Assembly: GCF_001194135.2 (NCBI RefSeq)
Contig: NC_068986.1
Span: 113,878,177 to 113,942,176 of the forward strand
DNA length: 64,000 nucleotides
Reading direction: 5' to 3'
Source: Octopus bimaculoides
Lineage: Eukaryota
In this document: positions 36,976 through 50,228 of the stretch, in pieces
How positions within the stretch are numbered: position 1 is the first letter of the stretch
How the letters are laid out: every line of letters starts with the position of its first letter
Notes under the pieces: generated by a model
What the model was told of the DNA's origin: nothing
Databases searched by the model: none
What the model saw: the letters and a program-made list of their open reading frames with translations, nothing else
Program-made: the position numbers and the translations under genes

Positions 36976-39049
36976 GTATGTATGTATGTATGTATGTTTG
37001 CATGTATGTATGTGCGATTTCATTTGTGTGTGTATCTATGAGTGTGTGTGTGAGCTTGTGCATATCTGCCAATTAAAACTATGAAAATTAAAACCGAATC
37101 CAGGAATAGAGGAATGAGGGAAATTGAGAGGAATTATAGACTCCATGGAAGGAGTATTGTGTGTGAGTGGGGGCGTTGGGTGGTGGTGCAGGTTTAATAC
37201 AATCACAGAATGGATGAAACGGATGAGAGAGTGTAAGAGGGAAAGAATGAAAGAAATTGAAAGAGGAGAATGAGTGGCAGACATATAGAGAACAACGGGG
37301 AAGACGGTGGAAGTGACAGAAAGAGAGAAGGAATGACATAAAACATGGCCACTATAATAACAACAACGACGATGACGACAACAACAACAGTACAACAATA
37401 TGAAGAAATGAAGAATTGTGATGGGAAGGAAACTATAATCGTTCACCAAATCAAATTGTAAAACACAGAGTATTGTATGACACATATACATACATACATA
37501 GAGGCATAAAGAGAGCGCTTACACCACAAACTGAGACACATAGAAATATGGCGGAGAAATACAGATTACTTAAACACGATGCCCAGAAAGACAAAGATTA
37601 TAGTACAGATATATCGAACTACACAGGATGTACAAAGAAACACAAAGACCATGGATGACTTAAACATATATAGGCATCTTCGAAATCATATACGCATCCA
37701 CTTATAGTTTTACTTAGAATATACTCCATTGTAATACAAGTCACTGAAAGAAATAGTAAAACATGTATAGAGTATTGTATGTACACGCATATATATATAT
37801 ATGTGTGTATGTATATACAACACATGCAAATATAAACATGGCATTTGCACTATGAGCTGACAAACACATCAAATGCACACGAACACAAAGTACAACGTAT
37901 TACATATAAGACTAAAACACACAAACCATAGACGACACAGACGTACACATCCTCTACATCACATACACACACACACATATAGTTACAATAGACTAAAAGA
38001 CACACAAACGCTCGCATAATTCTATAAACCATTGCCTTAGTGTCAAACATATTCGTTTACATATTCCAGAAGATATATAAAGACATTCATTCGCAAAGTT
38101 ATACGGATATTCCCTTATACACACAGTCTATGGAAGAAATGACATCAACACAATATATATTTACATATAATATTTTGCATATAATAGTTGCACACATAAA
38201 GTTACATGTTACATATATAGCATATGATAAAAGATCTATAAATATGCGTCCACACGAAATATATGAACATTCCAATACACTCACACGTTCTCTTATACAC
38301 ACTCTGTGTATTGAATAGACATCTATTCACACAGTTTATACAAATAAACATTTTGCACATATAAACACACGCGAGAATGCATATAAGCTTCCACACAAAC
38401 ACATGCACAAATGTAGATGAATTTACGCACAGACAGACAAATATCTGACGATAAAGAAGAGCAATGACATTCAGGTGAACAATGCGTATAACTTGACTAA
38501 TTTTGGTCAATGTCTGCTGGAACAAAAGACTTCAAAATAGCAAAATACACAACTAAATATGGGTGCGGCGTGGTTGTAATTTTGATTACAGCGAAAGTGG
38601 GCGAAAAAATTAACATCACAACAAACATTATAAGATGATCAGCGAACAAACATCAACAACAATAATCACAAAGCAAAACAAAAACAGCATCAAAACTAAG
38701 AATAACAGCAAATAACAATAGTTTGTGAATAACAAACAGCTGCGGAGGTCGGAACATCAGTAACGTAAAATAAATACTACTCCTACGATTATTAATAATG
38801 ACGGCGATGATGGTAATGATGGAGATGCTGGTGGTGATGGTGATGGGGAGGTGGTAATAATAACAACAACAACAAAGTGGAAGACTACTTTATGTAATAA
38901 AACAACACGAAGAAAATAACACGCTTTTCTCTTTACATAAGGAGGCGACAAAATACAAGACAGGAAGAAAGTACTGTGCTACTCGGATCGCAAATGACAA
39001 CGTAGGGGAAATGGACAAAGAGACACAAAACATGAAAACAACTACAAAA

Positions 39050-39490
39050 CCTACTAAAGAAGAGCAAAATAGATCCATGGCCGAAACCCTCCAACTCTTG
39101 ATAGAGAAGAATTGAACGTCAGCAAAAGCCAACAACGGCTCAGAAGCTCTGAACCAAAAGCAGGAACGGAAGGACTGGTTCTCGTTGCACGAGACGACCT
39201 TTCTTTGACCACAAACAACTATAAAAGAAAAACAATGAAAACAGGCTCGAACACCAAATGCAGAATGTGCAAGAAGTCCAGCAACAAGCATCTTGTACAA
39301 ATTGACAAAGAAATAAAAGATAAATCGCCCAGACATTATAATCAAGGATTTGGGGGGAAAAAAACCAAGACACCTGCTTACTGATTAAAATTGCAGTCCC
39401 TTCTGGCCAAAATATAGTCCAAAAAAGAAGCCGAGAAAAGACCAAAGTACGAATACCTCAAAATTGAAGTATTCAAGATGTGGGCATCTC
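39050..39490 (+). mobile_element. R4/Dong-like LINE C-terminal fragment with internal deletion
   Basis: KAGTEGLVLVARDDLSLTTNNYK..TKCRMCK (zinc-knuckle start), then IAVPSGQNI...EK.K (REL). Confidence 0.8.
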
Positions 39491-39599
39491 TAATCTCGAG
39501 CAGGTGTAGGGGAGGAATCATAGCTACATGCTGAGACGAATTTTGGTGGGCTTGAACAATTCACTCTTGAAAACATGGCTGTTTTGTTCATCACACTTA

Positions 39600-39775
39600 A
39601 ATAACCCTTAGTCAGGGGTCTTGTGAGCGGGGTCAGCTACTCGACCGGAAGAGAATTCTAGCACCTGCCCCACCTGCAAAATCATGCGTTGTTTATCTTG
39701 ATATGAGATCATCGTGTCAAGGTAATCAGCGCATATGGTTGTGGTGCATATGCCTAGAGTACATGGCATCCTTTT
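39600..39775 (-). mobile_element. Family E 5' fragment
   Basis: Reverse complement matches 30755-30880. Confidence 0.75.
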
Positions 39776-41427
39776 CTGTTTTCAGTGACAGGAAATGTTT
39801 CTGAACCCCATCAATTGCAGGCTTTTTGCAAAGCACGCTTATTGAGAATAGCAGAGGAATACCCTCCTTCGTCCTATCCCTTCTTCCAATATATATATGT
39901 GTGTGTTTGTGTGTGTGTCTGTGTGCAGGCGCGACTTATATTGATAGAGGAATCATGTAAACTACAATTAACGAAGAAAGCATAAAGGCGATGAGACACC
40001 CTCAACCGCTTTCTTATCCGGGTTTGATCGCACGCACGAAAAGCAGGTGACCGCTCTTCTGTCAACACCAGTGATTCAAAATATCACTAGGACGAAAGAG
40101 AGAACATTATGTAGTCTTACAGCACAAAACACATAGGGCAATGACATAAGATTTGAATGAAACAACATAAATTAACAAATACAGAGTATTAGAACTTCAC
40201 AATAAATAAATGGTGTATTTCGGTTGTAGATTTAACTTCTATTTTCCTTTGCTCGTGCAAACGAAAATAGAATTTGAGATATTCGTACGGAGATCGGAAG
40301 AAGAAGAAAAAAAATGAGAATAGCTTGATGGGGAAGGAGAAACAGCAGTAAATATTGGAATAGGAGTGAGAGAGTCTGATGAACAGAGATAAGAGACGAA
40401 GGCGAAAAAACGTGAGTGATAAGAGGAAACGATAGATTAATTCACACTGAGATAAAAATCTATTAAACTGAGGAAATGGAATGACTTTGCGGCGCTAGAA
40501 CTATAAAGTAATAATGAAATGGTATAGACAAAGATTAATGGTGAATAGAAAAGTCAGAGATGACCCTTGCGACATTGGATCTCAATAGTAACGCGCTGAA
40601 CAGAATAACACTGAGCAGTTTTCTCGATGCCGTGAAGATTCTGCATGCTCATAGACCTAACTTCTAATGTACACATAAGATCAACAATTTTCCTGAGAAT
40701 GGGCACAGATTCAATATCTTTGGTCACAGATTGACACAGTTTTTTCGACACAAGAGGGACGAAAGCTAAAGTTAGTTTCGTTTGGTTTCACACACATACA
40801 CACACATACACACATACATATACACATACATACATATAAACACACGCACACTCGCACGCGCACGCACATGCACTTAAACTCATACAGCGAATACGATGAT
40901 TTAATAGTTTCCCGCCCACACTTAGTAACGTGTCATGAAATAACGTAGAGTCTGCAGCCCTGTTTACATAGACTGCACTATTATATGATATACAAATCTG
41001 CCTTCTTAGAATGTTCCTATTCATTCATTCATTTATTTATTCATTCATTTCCTACACACTTACTACTTACAACTTATAACAATTCCAACGCCAAATGGCT
41101 GACTACAAAGTTACTGCATTATCATTGGATCTGGTAGAAATCGCTACGAAATCTTCACCAGATCATACTCTGTCTTCTTGAATAGCAGTGCGAAACATCA
41201 GATACTGCATTCCCCATTCACCTTATTGAATACGGATTGACATGCATTTAATGTCAGGTATGTTCCATAATGGATACTCTTGTGATTAAACAACCTTCTG
41301 ACTCGGCCACCCACGAAAAAGATCAAACTTAATTCATCACTGAACCAAGACAACTCTGAGAGAATACATTTTTGGCACTTCCAACCATGTCAATGTCATA
41401 TTCTTTGTATCTCTTTTTTGAAATCCA

Positions 41428-41750
41428 CACAGACATAGCTGTGTGGTTAAAAAACTCGCTTTCCAACTACATGGTTGCGTGTTCAGACCCATTGCTCGTC
41501 ATCTTGGGTAAGTGTCCTTCGCAGTTGCCCCGATCCAGAAAAGCCATCTCAGTTGGTTTGATAGAGGGAGGCTGGGTGATAACGTGTCGGATATGTATGG
41601 CTGTATGAAAAGAAGCTTGCTTCCCAACTACATGGTTCCGGGTTCAGTCCCACTGTGTCGCACCCTGAGCAAGTGTCTTCTACTATAGCTTCAGGCCGAC
41701 CAAAGCCTTGTGAGTAGATATGTTGGATGGAAACTGAAAGGAGCCTGTCG

Positions 41751-41788
<38 letters not shown>

Positions 41789-42000
41789 TGTGTTTGAGTC
41801 TGTGTTTGTTCACCCCACTACTTCACCGGTGTTGGTGTGTTTACGGCCTCGTAACATAGCGGTTCAGCAAAAAGAGAATGATAGAATAAGAATCAGGCTT
41901 AAGGACAAAAACTAGAGGGGTCGATGCATTCGGTTAAAAAAATTGCTCAAGGTGATGCACCAGCATGGTCGCAGCGTAATGACTGAAAAAAGTAATATAT
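41428..42000 (+). mobile_element. SINE family B: head-only copy (41428-41525) and full copy (41589-42000)
   Basis: CCAACTACATGGTT..GGGTTCAG..CC heads; internal (GT)n; tail CAGCATGGTCGCAG..AATGACTGAAA. Confidence 0.88.
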
Positions 42001-42335
42001 TCTTTTATTCTTTTATATGTGTCAGTCATTTGACTACGGCCATGCTGGAGCACCACCTTTAAACAAACGAATTGACCTCAGCACTCAATCTTTATAAGCC
42101 TAGTACTTATTCTACCTGTCTTTTATGCCGAACCGCTCGCTAACGGGGACATAAGTACACCAACAACGGTTGTCAAGCGATGGTTGAGGGGGTGGGGGGG
42201 GGTACAAACACAGACAAACAAACATATACATATACATATATATACACAACGAGCTTCTTTAAGTTTCCGTCAACTAAATCCACTCGCAAGACATTGGTCG
42301 GCCCGAGGCTTCAGTAGAAGGCACCTGACCATAAT
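42001..42335 (-). mobile_element. SINE family B copy, inverted and abutting the previous copy tail-to-tail
   Basis: CAGTCATTTGACTACGGCCATGCTGGAGCACCACC...TTTCCGTCAACTAAATCCACTCGCAAG..TTGGTCGGCCCGAGGC. Confidence 0.85.
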
Positions 42336-42419
42336 AATACCCCACCACACACACACACACACACACACACATGTACATCACTTTGAATGCGTAGGTACAC
42401 TGACAAATACTCATACACA

Positions 42420-42462
<43 letters not shown>

Positions 42463-42907
42463 CGAAATTAAATCAAATCAAATCACGTTACAATAATAAT
42501 TTCGTTAGACATCTTAATATAGAGATGAAGACGAAGTTAAAAGTGCGTGGTACACTACAGACGCTATAATGCGGCGGGGAAAACACTGACCAACATAAAG
42601 CAGTGGTAATATTTCCTGATTATCGTAGCTTTCACATGGTCACTGTGTTCATGCGACAATCACACATGTGTCTCGTTCGACAATTTTGTATCTGTCAATA
42701 TTGTATAGCGAAGCCACTATTGTCGTGTGTTAATTGGATTTAAGTAAGAGATACTTAATATATTAATATTCTGAACTAGCTAGATAATATAGTTTATGTC
42801 GTTCATAACATTCTTAGTAAATCCTTGTGTATAGAAAATATTTCTTATCTTCAGGTGTTTTACTTCAGCATTATCATTATACGCAGAGAGAGAGAGAGAG
42901 CAACGCA

Positions 42908-43640
42908 TATATAAGGTGTCCCAAGCAATTTATACTCAACTGACGTATAATCGCAGATAAATTTAATTTCCATTTCTGTTCATGTTTAACCCATTAGAAA
43001 CATGAGGGGAGTGAGAATAAGCTTTAAACAACAAAAAAAAAGGTTATTCTGAAATGCTGCTAGAGTTTGAAACCGGATTTGAAGTGCAGAGATAGTTTAG
43101 CAGAGTGTTACAAATCGATCTACCTACGCCAGTTACCAGCACTCGTGTTAGAGGTAAGATTGAAGCAGATAGAGCAGACCAAAATCTCTGCGAGAAATGA
43201 TGCGGAGAAGTGCGGGCATCGACGAACACCAAAACATTAGAAAGGGTACTAAAAGCCAGGGTTCTGTAAAATCTGTGAAGCAAATTAGTGTCGCGAATAG
43301 AAAATTTCAAAATCAAGCGTTCGTCGCACTTTGAATCGCCGTAATTGGAAATGTTACATTGCAAGGACAGTCGGTCCTCCATAAAGATAATCTGGAGTGG
43401 TGGAGAGTGGGGAGCGGTGTTTTGCGATCGGTACTTGGCTAGATGAGCGGAAGGTGCACCCTTTGAGGGCTGAGAAAATATTTCAATTAAATGGCCCAAC
43501 TCACAGGCCACTATTACAACTGCTAAGATCGTGAGAGACCGTATTCTACAGAGGAATACCATGGAAAGGTACAAGAGTTCTTGTATGATGCACCGTATCG
43601 TCCACAGGATTAAGTGAACCACTCCTTTTTCACAATGCTG
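42908..43640 (+). mobile_element. Degenerate Tc1/mariner-superfamily transposase (Tc3-like, N-terminal HTH of the DUF4817 type)
   Basis: TIR-like TA-AGGTGTCCC at the start; ILKC, FEVQR*FSRVLQIDLPTPVTSTRVRGKIEAD, KISKSSVRRTLNRRNWKCYI, FCDRYLAR, FQLNG; several frameshifts; no right TIR found. Confidence 0.75.
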
Positions 43641-43734
43641 GGACTCGTACCATTTACTTTCTGTGACAGTCTGTTATGCCAAGCGTTCAAGATGGTTTGA
43701 AGATGTGGAATTAATTTTGCAACAAAATGAAGCA

Positions 43735-43835
43735 AGCCATTTCGGGGTCGATAAAATAAGTACCAGTGAAATACTGGGGCCGATGTAATAGACTTACCCC
43801 ACGCCCTTGAAATTGCTGGCCCTGTGCCAAAATTA
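43735..43835 (+). mobile_element. Partial SINE family A (central domain and tail)
   Basis: TTTCGGGGTCGATAAAATAAGTACCAG..ACTGGGGCCGATGTAAT..AAATTGCTGGCCCTGTGCCAAAAT. Confidence 0.8.
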
Positions 43836-43841
43836 TTATCA

Positions 43842-43882
<41 letters not shown>

Positions 43883-43908
43883 GTCGTTGTTGTTGTTATT
43901 ACTATTAT

Positions 43909-43940
<32 letters not shown>

Positions 43941-43966
43941 GTAGTAGTAGAGGCAGCAGCAGTAGT

Positions 43967-43998
<32 letters not shown>

Positions 43999-44015
43999 TA
44001 GTAGTAGTAGCAGTA
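43835..44015. repeat. Compound trinucleotide microsatellite (ATT)(GTT)(ACT)(AGT)(GCA)
   Basis: Direct reading; source of the poly-L/V/I ORFs. Confidence 0.95.
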
Positions 44016-44034
44016 ATTTGTTCTCGTTGTTATC

Positions 44035-44235
44035 ATCATCGCAGTCGATGCGTTCTTCTAATATTTTCGATGTGGTTATTGTTTCAGTCTGTCCACGAGA
44101 GCACAATGGCACATCCTTCGCAAGACCAGATTGCCGATGAGATACAAAAGCATGTCGACAAGGTCTGCGGCGAACATCAACTGTTTAATGGGAGGAATCC
44201 CAATAGGCACATAACATCCGGTTTGTGAAATATAA
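44035..44235 (-). mobile_element. Possible RTE-clade LINE 3' end
   Basis: Minus frame YWDSSH*TVDVRRRP..QSGLAKD loosely fits W.P.H..RGRP..DTGL; ends in GATGATGAT toward the trinucleotide block. Confidence 0.3.
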
Positions 44236-44434
44236 TTTCCTGTCTGTAATCAGATCCAAAGCGTCGAACAATAGGGATTGATCATTTATCAACATGTTTA
44301 GTTATTGCACAATGTTAGCAAAGGAATGTGGAAGTGTGTGCGTGCGTGTGTGTGTGTGTGATTGTGTGTGTGTGCTTTTGTGTGTGTGTGTCTCATATGA
44401 TTATATATGTACACACACACACATACATACACAC

Positions 44435-44485
<51 letters not shown>

Positions 44486-44588
44486 NNNNNNNNNNTTGCA
44501 TAGGATAATATTTTCATCTTCTGTCCATAAATATATGAATATATAACTGCAGATTATATATATGCATATATATCTATATACATATATA

Positions 44589-45482
44589 TACGTGGTCTGA
44601 TCAATAAGTACCCGGACTGTTGCCATAATAACGGAGCTAAAGCACGCTGAATGAGGTTGCTTGACACAGATTGACCTTGAACTCTGCTGTGCATCAGGTT
44701 TAAACATTCTAGCTCACTTCCGTTGTTTAGAGCAGTGCTTGGAAGGAACGTATGTAGCGTATGATCGTTGCACTGACCATGACAGAGAAAGTTGAGCAGG
44801 AAATCTACAAAAAAAATTTACCAAAATCTTGACGATACCTGCTCAGAGGCCCACGAAAAATTTTCAAAAGGTTTTCATGTTCTTGACACAATCAAAGAGA
44901 TTTTGTGCAACTGAAACCCGCATGTCTTTTTGGTCAGCTGAAAGCAGTTTTGGCACAAACATGCGAGGCACGCATCTCATAGCCAAATCTCCAGTGATAA
45001 TGGACTGAACTGAACCATAGCTAATTTGAACATCCTCCGATAACTCACGGATGGTGATTCGACGATTTCCCGTCACAGTTGCACGGACATCTGCAATGTT
45101 TTTTCTCAGTACTGCTGGTTGCAGGTCTTCCAGAACGTTCGTCAATATCGACATTTTTTCGGCCATCTTAGAAATGTCTGAACCACTCGTATACATGTGC
45201 GTGGCTCAGACACTCCTCTCCATACATTTTCTGCAAATTTTGCGCTGGCCTCTGAGCAGGTATCACCATGACAGCTTTCTCCCTCATGGTTAATGCGACC
45301 GTCACACGCTACACACGTTCCTTCCAAGCAATGCTGTGCACTGCGGAAGTGAGCAAGAAAGTTAAATCTTAGTTCGCATGCATAGCAGAGTTTACGGTCG
45401 ATCTGTGCGAAGCGGCTTCAGTCTTCGTGTTTTAGCTTCGTTACTATGGCAACAGTCCAGATACTTATTCACCAGGCGACAC
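44589..45482. mobile_element. Mariner derivative made of two inverted 5' ends
   Basis: TIR TACGTGGTCTGATCAATAAGTACCCGGACTGTTGCCATA at 44589, inverted counterpart at 45439-45482; minus arm encodes ECLSHAHVYEWF..DERSGRPATS..RRITIRELSEDVQISYGSVQSII..FVPKLLS; plus arm encodes MTEKVEQ. Confidence 0.85.
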
Positions 45483-45564
45483 ACACATCTATAGATATAC
45501 GTGTGTAAAGTATGTGCTAGTGTGTGCACATTTCTGTGCCTCAATATGTCAATTATGTCAATGT

Positions 45565-45600
<36 letters not shown>

Positions 45601-45601
<1 letters not shown>

Positions 45602-46025
45602 TAATAGTTATCGCCATGGCAGTCCAGAAAAATAGGACGAATGCTGCCGTTGATTAGCTCCAAGAGGCCATCTCCTCTAGCTAGCTATGTGACACACGAA
45701 CCTGCGTCCATTATAACCTTCGAACAGGGGAGGTCAGCCGCTTCTCCTTGCTGGTCTGGCATCTACAGTCTAGTTTCGAGGTATTACCCCTTATCAATGT
45801 AAAGTAGCCGAACCCAGCAGTCGTCGCTACCGACCATCTGTTCGAAGGATTATTTACCTAAATTCAGTGGAATACATCCACTGGTTTTTAAAAATCGAAA
45901 TATTTATATTAATACGGTTCGTGTGTCACATGGCTAGCTAGAGGCGACGGCCTCTTGGAGCTAATTAAGGGCAGCATTCGCCCTAATTTTCTGGACTGCC
46001 ATGTTAGCTTGGCATTAACTATTAA
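45601..46025. mobile_element. MITE-like element with approx. 100-bp TIRs, TTAA at both ends
   Basis: 45601-45702 is the reverse complement of 45916-46025 (one short indel near the terminus); inner IR CCTTCGAACAG (45717) / CTGTTCGAAGG (45838). Confidence 0.85.
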
Positions 46026-46670
46026 TATCCAGTACCGCTGCCGTAGTCTCCTTTAGTAGNNNNNNNNNNNNNNNNNNNNNNNNNNNNNNNNNNNNNNNNN
46101 NNNNNNNNNNNNNNNNNNNNNNNNNNNNNNNNNNNNNNNNNNNNNNNNNNNNNNNNNNNNNNNNNNNNNNNNNNNNNNNNNNNNNNNNNNNNNNNNNNNN
46201 NNNNNNNNNNNNNNNNNNNNNNNNNNNNNNNNNNNNNNNNNNNNNNNNNNNNNNNNNNNNNNNNNNNNNNNNNNNNNNNNNNNNNNNNNNNNNNNNNNNN
46301 NNNNNNNNNNNNNNNNNNNNNNNNNNNNNNNNNNNNNNNNNNNNNNNNNNNNNNNNNNNNNNNNNNNNNNNNNNNNNNNNNNNNNNNNNNNNNNNNNNNN
46401 NNNNNNNNNNNNNNNNNNNNNNNNNNNNNNNNNNNNNNNNNNNNNNNNNNNNNNNNNNNNNNNNNNNNNNNNNNNNNNNNNNNNNNNNNNNNNNNNNNNN
46501 NNNNNNNNNNNNNNNNNNNNNNNNNNNNNNNNNNNNNNNNNNNNNNNNNNNNNNNNNNNNNNNNNNNNNNNNNNNNNNNNNNNNNNNNNNNNNNNNNNNN
46601 NNNNNNNNNNNNNNNNNNNNNNNNNNNNNNNNNNNNNNNNNNNNNNNNNNNNNNNNNNNNNNNNNNNNNN

Positions 46671-46702
<32 letters not shown>

Positions 46703-46746
46703 TGTGTGTGTGTGCGTATATATATATACGTACATATATAAATTTG

Positions 46747-46779
<33 letters not shown>

Positions 46780-47370
46780 TTCATACTTAACATATGTATA
46801 TGTATGCATAAGTACGTAGAAACATACAGTATACACTCAATCACAGAGTAGGGCAATTAATTTTCAGACGATCACGTGGCATATAAGAGTCGTTGAGACA
46901 TTTAAACTCTGCAGAATAAAGAAACGATAAATTCAAGCCAGGTATATGAAGCCAGCACTAATTAACCTGTTAAAAGTTGTACTGATTGACCTTATTTGTG
47001 ATTCTTAATTCTTGAAATATTTTACCGAACAGAGGCTACGCTTTTAAAAGAAGCTTAACTCACATTTCCCGAGTAAACATTATCTGCTGTTATGCGTAAT
47101 TTTCTCTTCTGTAAAATGTGCGTGCATGGAACGTGGTTAAGCGGGGACACGTACATACACGAACACACAAAAGTGTAGATCCACTTTAAACTTAGACGTG
47201 ATGACTGAAAAGTCCAAAGCAACTAAATAACATTTGTATGTGTGCGGGGTTGTGTTTGTAAGTCTGTATATATGCGTGTGCGTGTATGTGTGTCTGAGTA
47301 AGTGCGTGTTTGTGTGTGTGTGTGTGTGTGTTTATATACATTTATATCTATATGTCTATGCATATAAATA

Positions 47371-47535
47371 CGTAGGTGTGGTTGTGTGGTAAGAAGCTTC
47401 CTTCCCAACCACATGGTTCCGGGTTCAATCCCACTTTGTGACACCTTGGAAAAGTGTCTTCTACTATATCCTCGGGACGACCAAAACCTTGTGAGTGGAT
47501 TTGGTAGACGGAAACTGGCAGAAGCCCGTCGTATA

Positions 47536-47573
<38 letters not shown>

Positions 47574-47770
47574 TGCTTGTGGCTGTGTTTGTCCCCCAGC
47601 CATCGCTTGACAACCGATGCTGGTGTGTTTATATCCCAGTAACTAACAGTCTGATAGAATAAGTACTAGGCTTGCAAAGAATAGGTCCTGGGATCGATTT
47701 CTTCGACTAACACTCTTAAAGTGGTGCTCCAACATGGCAGCAAATGACTGAAACAAGTAAAAGAATATAA
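47371..47770 (+). mobile_element. Full-length SINE family B with internal (AT)n
   Basis: A box, GGTTCAATCCC B box, CORE-like segment, conserved tail. Confidence 0.9.
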
Positions 47771-47811
47771 GATCAAAAGAATATGCACGTACACACACAC
47801 ACATACATATA

Positions 47812-47874
<63 letters not shown>

Positions 47875-49004
47875 ACAAGACAGAGGAAAAGAGAAACCGA
47901 AGGACGGGGAAACGTCAGTCACAAAGCCTGAATCAATTTTATGACATCCGTTTTCCTTCTTAATTCAAATATTCACTTATTTGAATGTAGTAATTTATTC
48001 CCAAGGACTCGCCCTGCATGGAAACGTGTTAATGAAGCAAAACCTCGAAGGAAATGTAATATGTAAACAAAAGAATAGAATCTAAGTGTTCAAATACTCC
48101 ATGTCCGTTTTTTTTTAAAAGTTAAGGTGTTTTGGTAAACATTCAGCATCTATTTCATGCAAGTCGATTAACCACTTAGAACATCCATCGGCAACATATA
48201 TCAAGACCATTTTGTTGTCCACTTCAGCCGTGAGTGAACCGGCCTATGATAAAAAGAATCCAGATTTGACCATCGAGTCGTTAGGGGTAATTAGATGAAG
48301 TGATCTGAGGGAATTTGGCTGTTAATTCTAGCCGATTGATGGTGCCCTGTTGACTGACATTATAAACAAATCTAAAGCAATGGTGTTTAATATCTCTGCC
48401 AGAATAAATATTTTCTCTAATATTTCAACTAATACAACAGCAGTAACAGTGGCAACAAGCAGTCGATCACCTCCAACAACAATAACAACAGCAACAGTGC
48501 CAAAAACGACGACAACAACAAAAACAACAACTATATACCAACGAAAACTGAATGTAGACAAATATACAGATATCCTAATTATATTTCAATTGAAAATAGA
48601 CATCTTTGTATGGCAGCCAAACGTTATATATTTGATTCATTGAATCAATGAGAGCTGGAAACCACTTTGTATAGTATATATCGTGCTCTTTTTCTCCCCT
48701 AAGAATTAATGTGTTTGTCTGGGTACATATACGCAAATAGACTTATATATGCATACATAACCTTAGATAACTTTGATAATTTTCGGCCAAAGATTGGCCC
48801 AAGCCATGTTTAACTTAATAGCACCATGTATAACTACACGCACACACACAGTTAACATCGAACCAAATTCCCTCAGAAGTCAATGCTAGAGTGGAACACA
48901 TTTGTCCAGGTAAATGCGCAGTGGAACGGAGCCCGAATCTGCAAGGCGAGCTTCTTAAAATCAGAGCCATTTATCTGCGAGTGGATACGCAATACATGAA
49001 AGCA

Positions 49005-49104
49005 TGCAGACAGACGGACAGACAGACGGACAGACAGACGGACAGACAGATGGACAGAAAGACAGACAGACAGACAGACGGACAGACAGATGGACAGACA
49101 GATG

Positions 49105-49142
<38 letters not shown>

Positions 49143-49150
49143 TAGATAGA
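49005..49150. repeat. (GACA)n with GACG/GATG variants (approx. 12-nt periodicity)
   Basis: Direct reading. Confidence 0.9.
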
Positions 49151-49716
49151 CATACAAGCAAACACACAGATATATGCATGCATATAAAAATATGCAAATT
49201 ATTGTTCCGTTGTAAAATTAGGCGCATAAAATCTTTTTCAGAAGCTTAGGATAATAATGAAACCAAATAGTTTCGTTGTAACTAAATTCATCAAGGCCCA
49301 CATCATTTCTTCTTTCCACCAAAACTTACTTGGAAATTGTAATGGAGAAGAGAACTATTTCCGTATGCGATGAAATTAAATTGCCTTGCATATGAAACTA
49401 TATATATGTATATATATTAATTTTGGAAGCTCCGACGAATCTATAGGGTGATACACAAGCAGTCAGCAATGAGCGCATTACATTTTATAGAAGAAACAGC
49501 TGTTGGCTAATGAAAGCTAATTCTCTTTTCAGATAAACAGGTGCATAAACAACATACCTGTCCACTGTCACCTCTGTCAGGATTTCTAGACATCAACGTT
49601 CCTACCTCTTCAGACGTTATCGAATAATCTCCTCAGTAACTGCAGTGAATTTGCCTTTTAACAATTGAAATATGTCACAAACATAATTTAATTAACCTAA
49701 ACTTTGCTTTCGTATG

Positions 49717-49785
<69 letters not shown>

Positions 49786-50228
49786 CACTTCTGGTCTTGA
49801 ATATTGTGAATTAGTCACAATTAGAAACGCTTTGCGTCGTTAAACTGTCTCTTCTCGCGTCGATTCTATAAAGTTTTAGAAGACGGATAATTAATAAATA
49901 TGATTCGTTACAATTGAGAAATATATGCAGTCAAAGATTACGAGAGATTGTATTAACTGTATATAATGTATACACAACAAATGGCAAATTATGTATTGTA
50001 AGGAATTGCTGTTGGAAGAAAATAGACACTGTAATAGCAACTGGTTTTTATGCAATCATATATGGTAGATATAAATATATATTATATGTTTTTTATGCAA
50101 TCAGAGAAGATCAAGAAATGATATACGATTAACTGCTTCACCAGAAATATACGGATTGTTATTTTAGGTAAGATGGTTGAATATGTAACATGGATAAACT
50201 GAAGTCATAGATAAAAATATGTTATATC

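Noticed and set aside
40550-40660. LxxLxLxxNxL leucine-rich-repeat match (LATLDLNSNAL)
   Set aside because: About one such match is expected by chance in six frames of 64 kb; no second repeat and poor splice context.
43044-43622. 192-aa minus-strand ORF
   Set aside because: Antisense to the degenerate Tc1/mariner transposase; no domain of its own.
43711-44228. Poly-L/V/I/A ORFs resembling membrane proteins
   Set aside because: Derived from a compound trinucleotide microsatellite.
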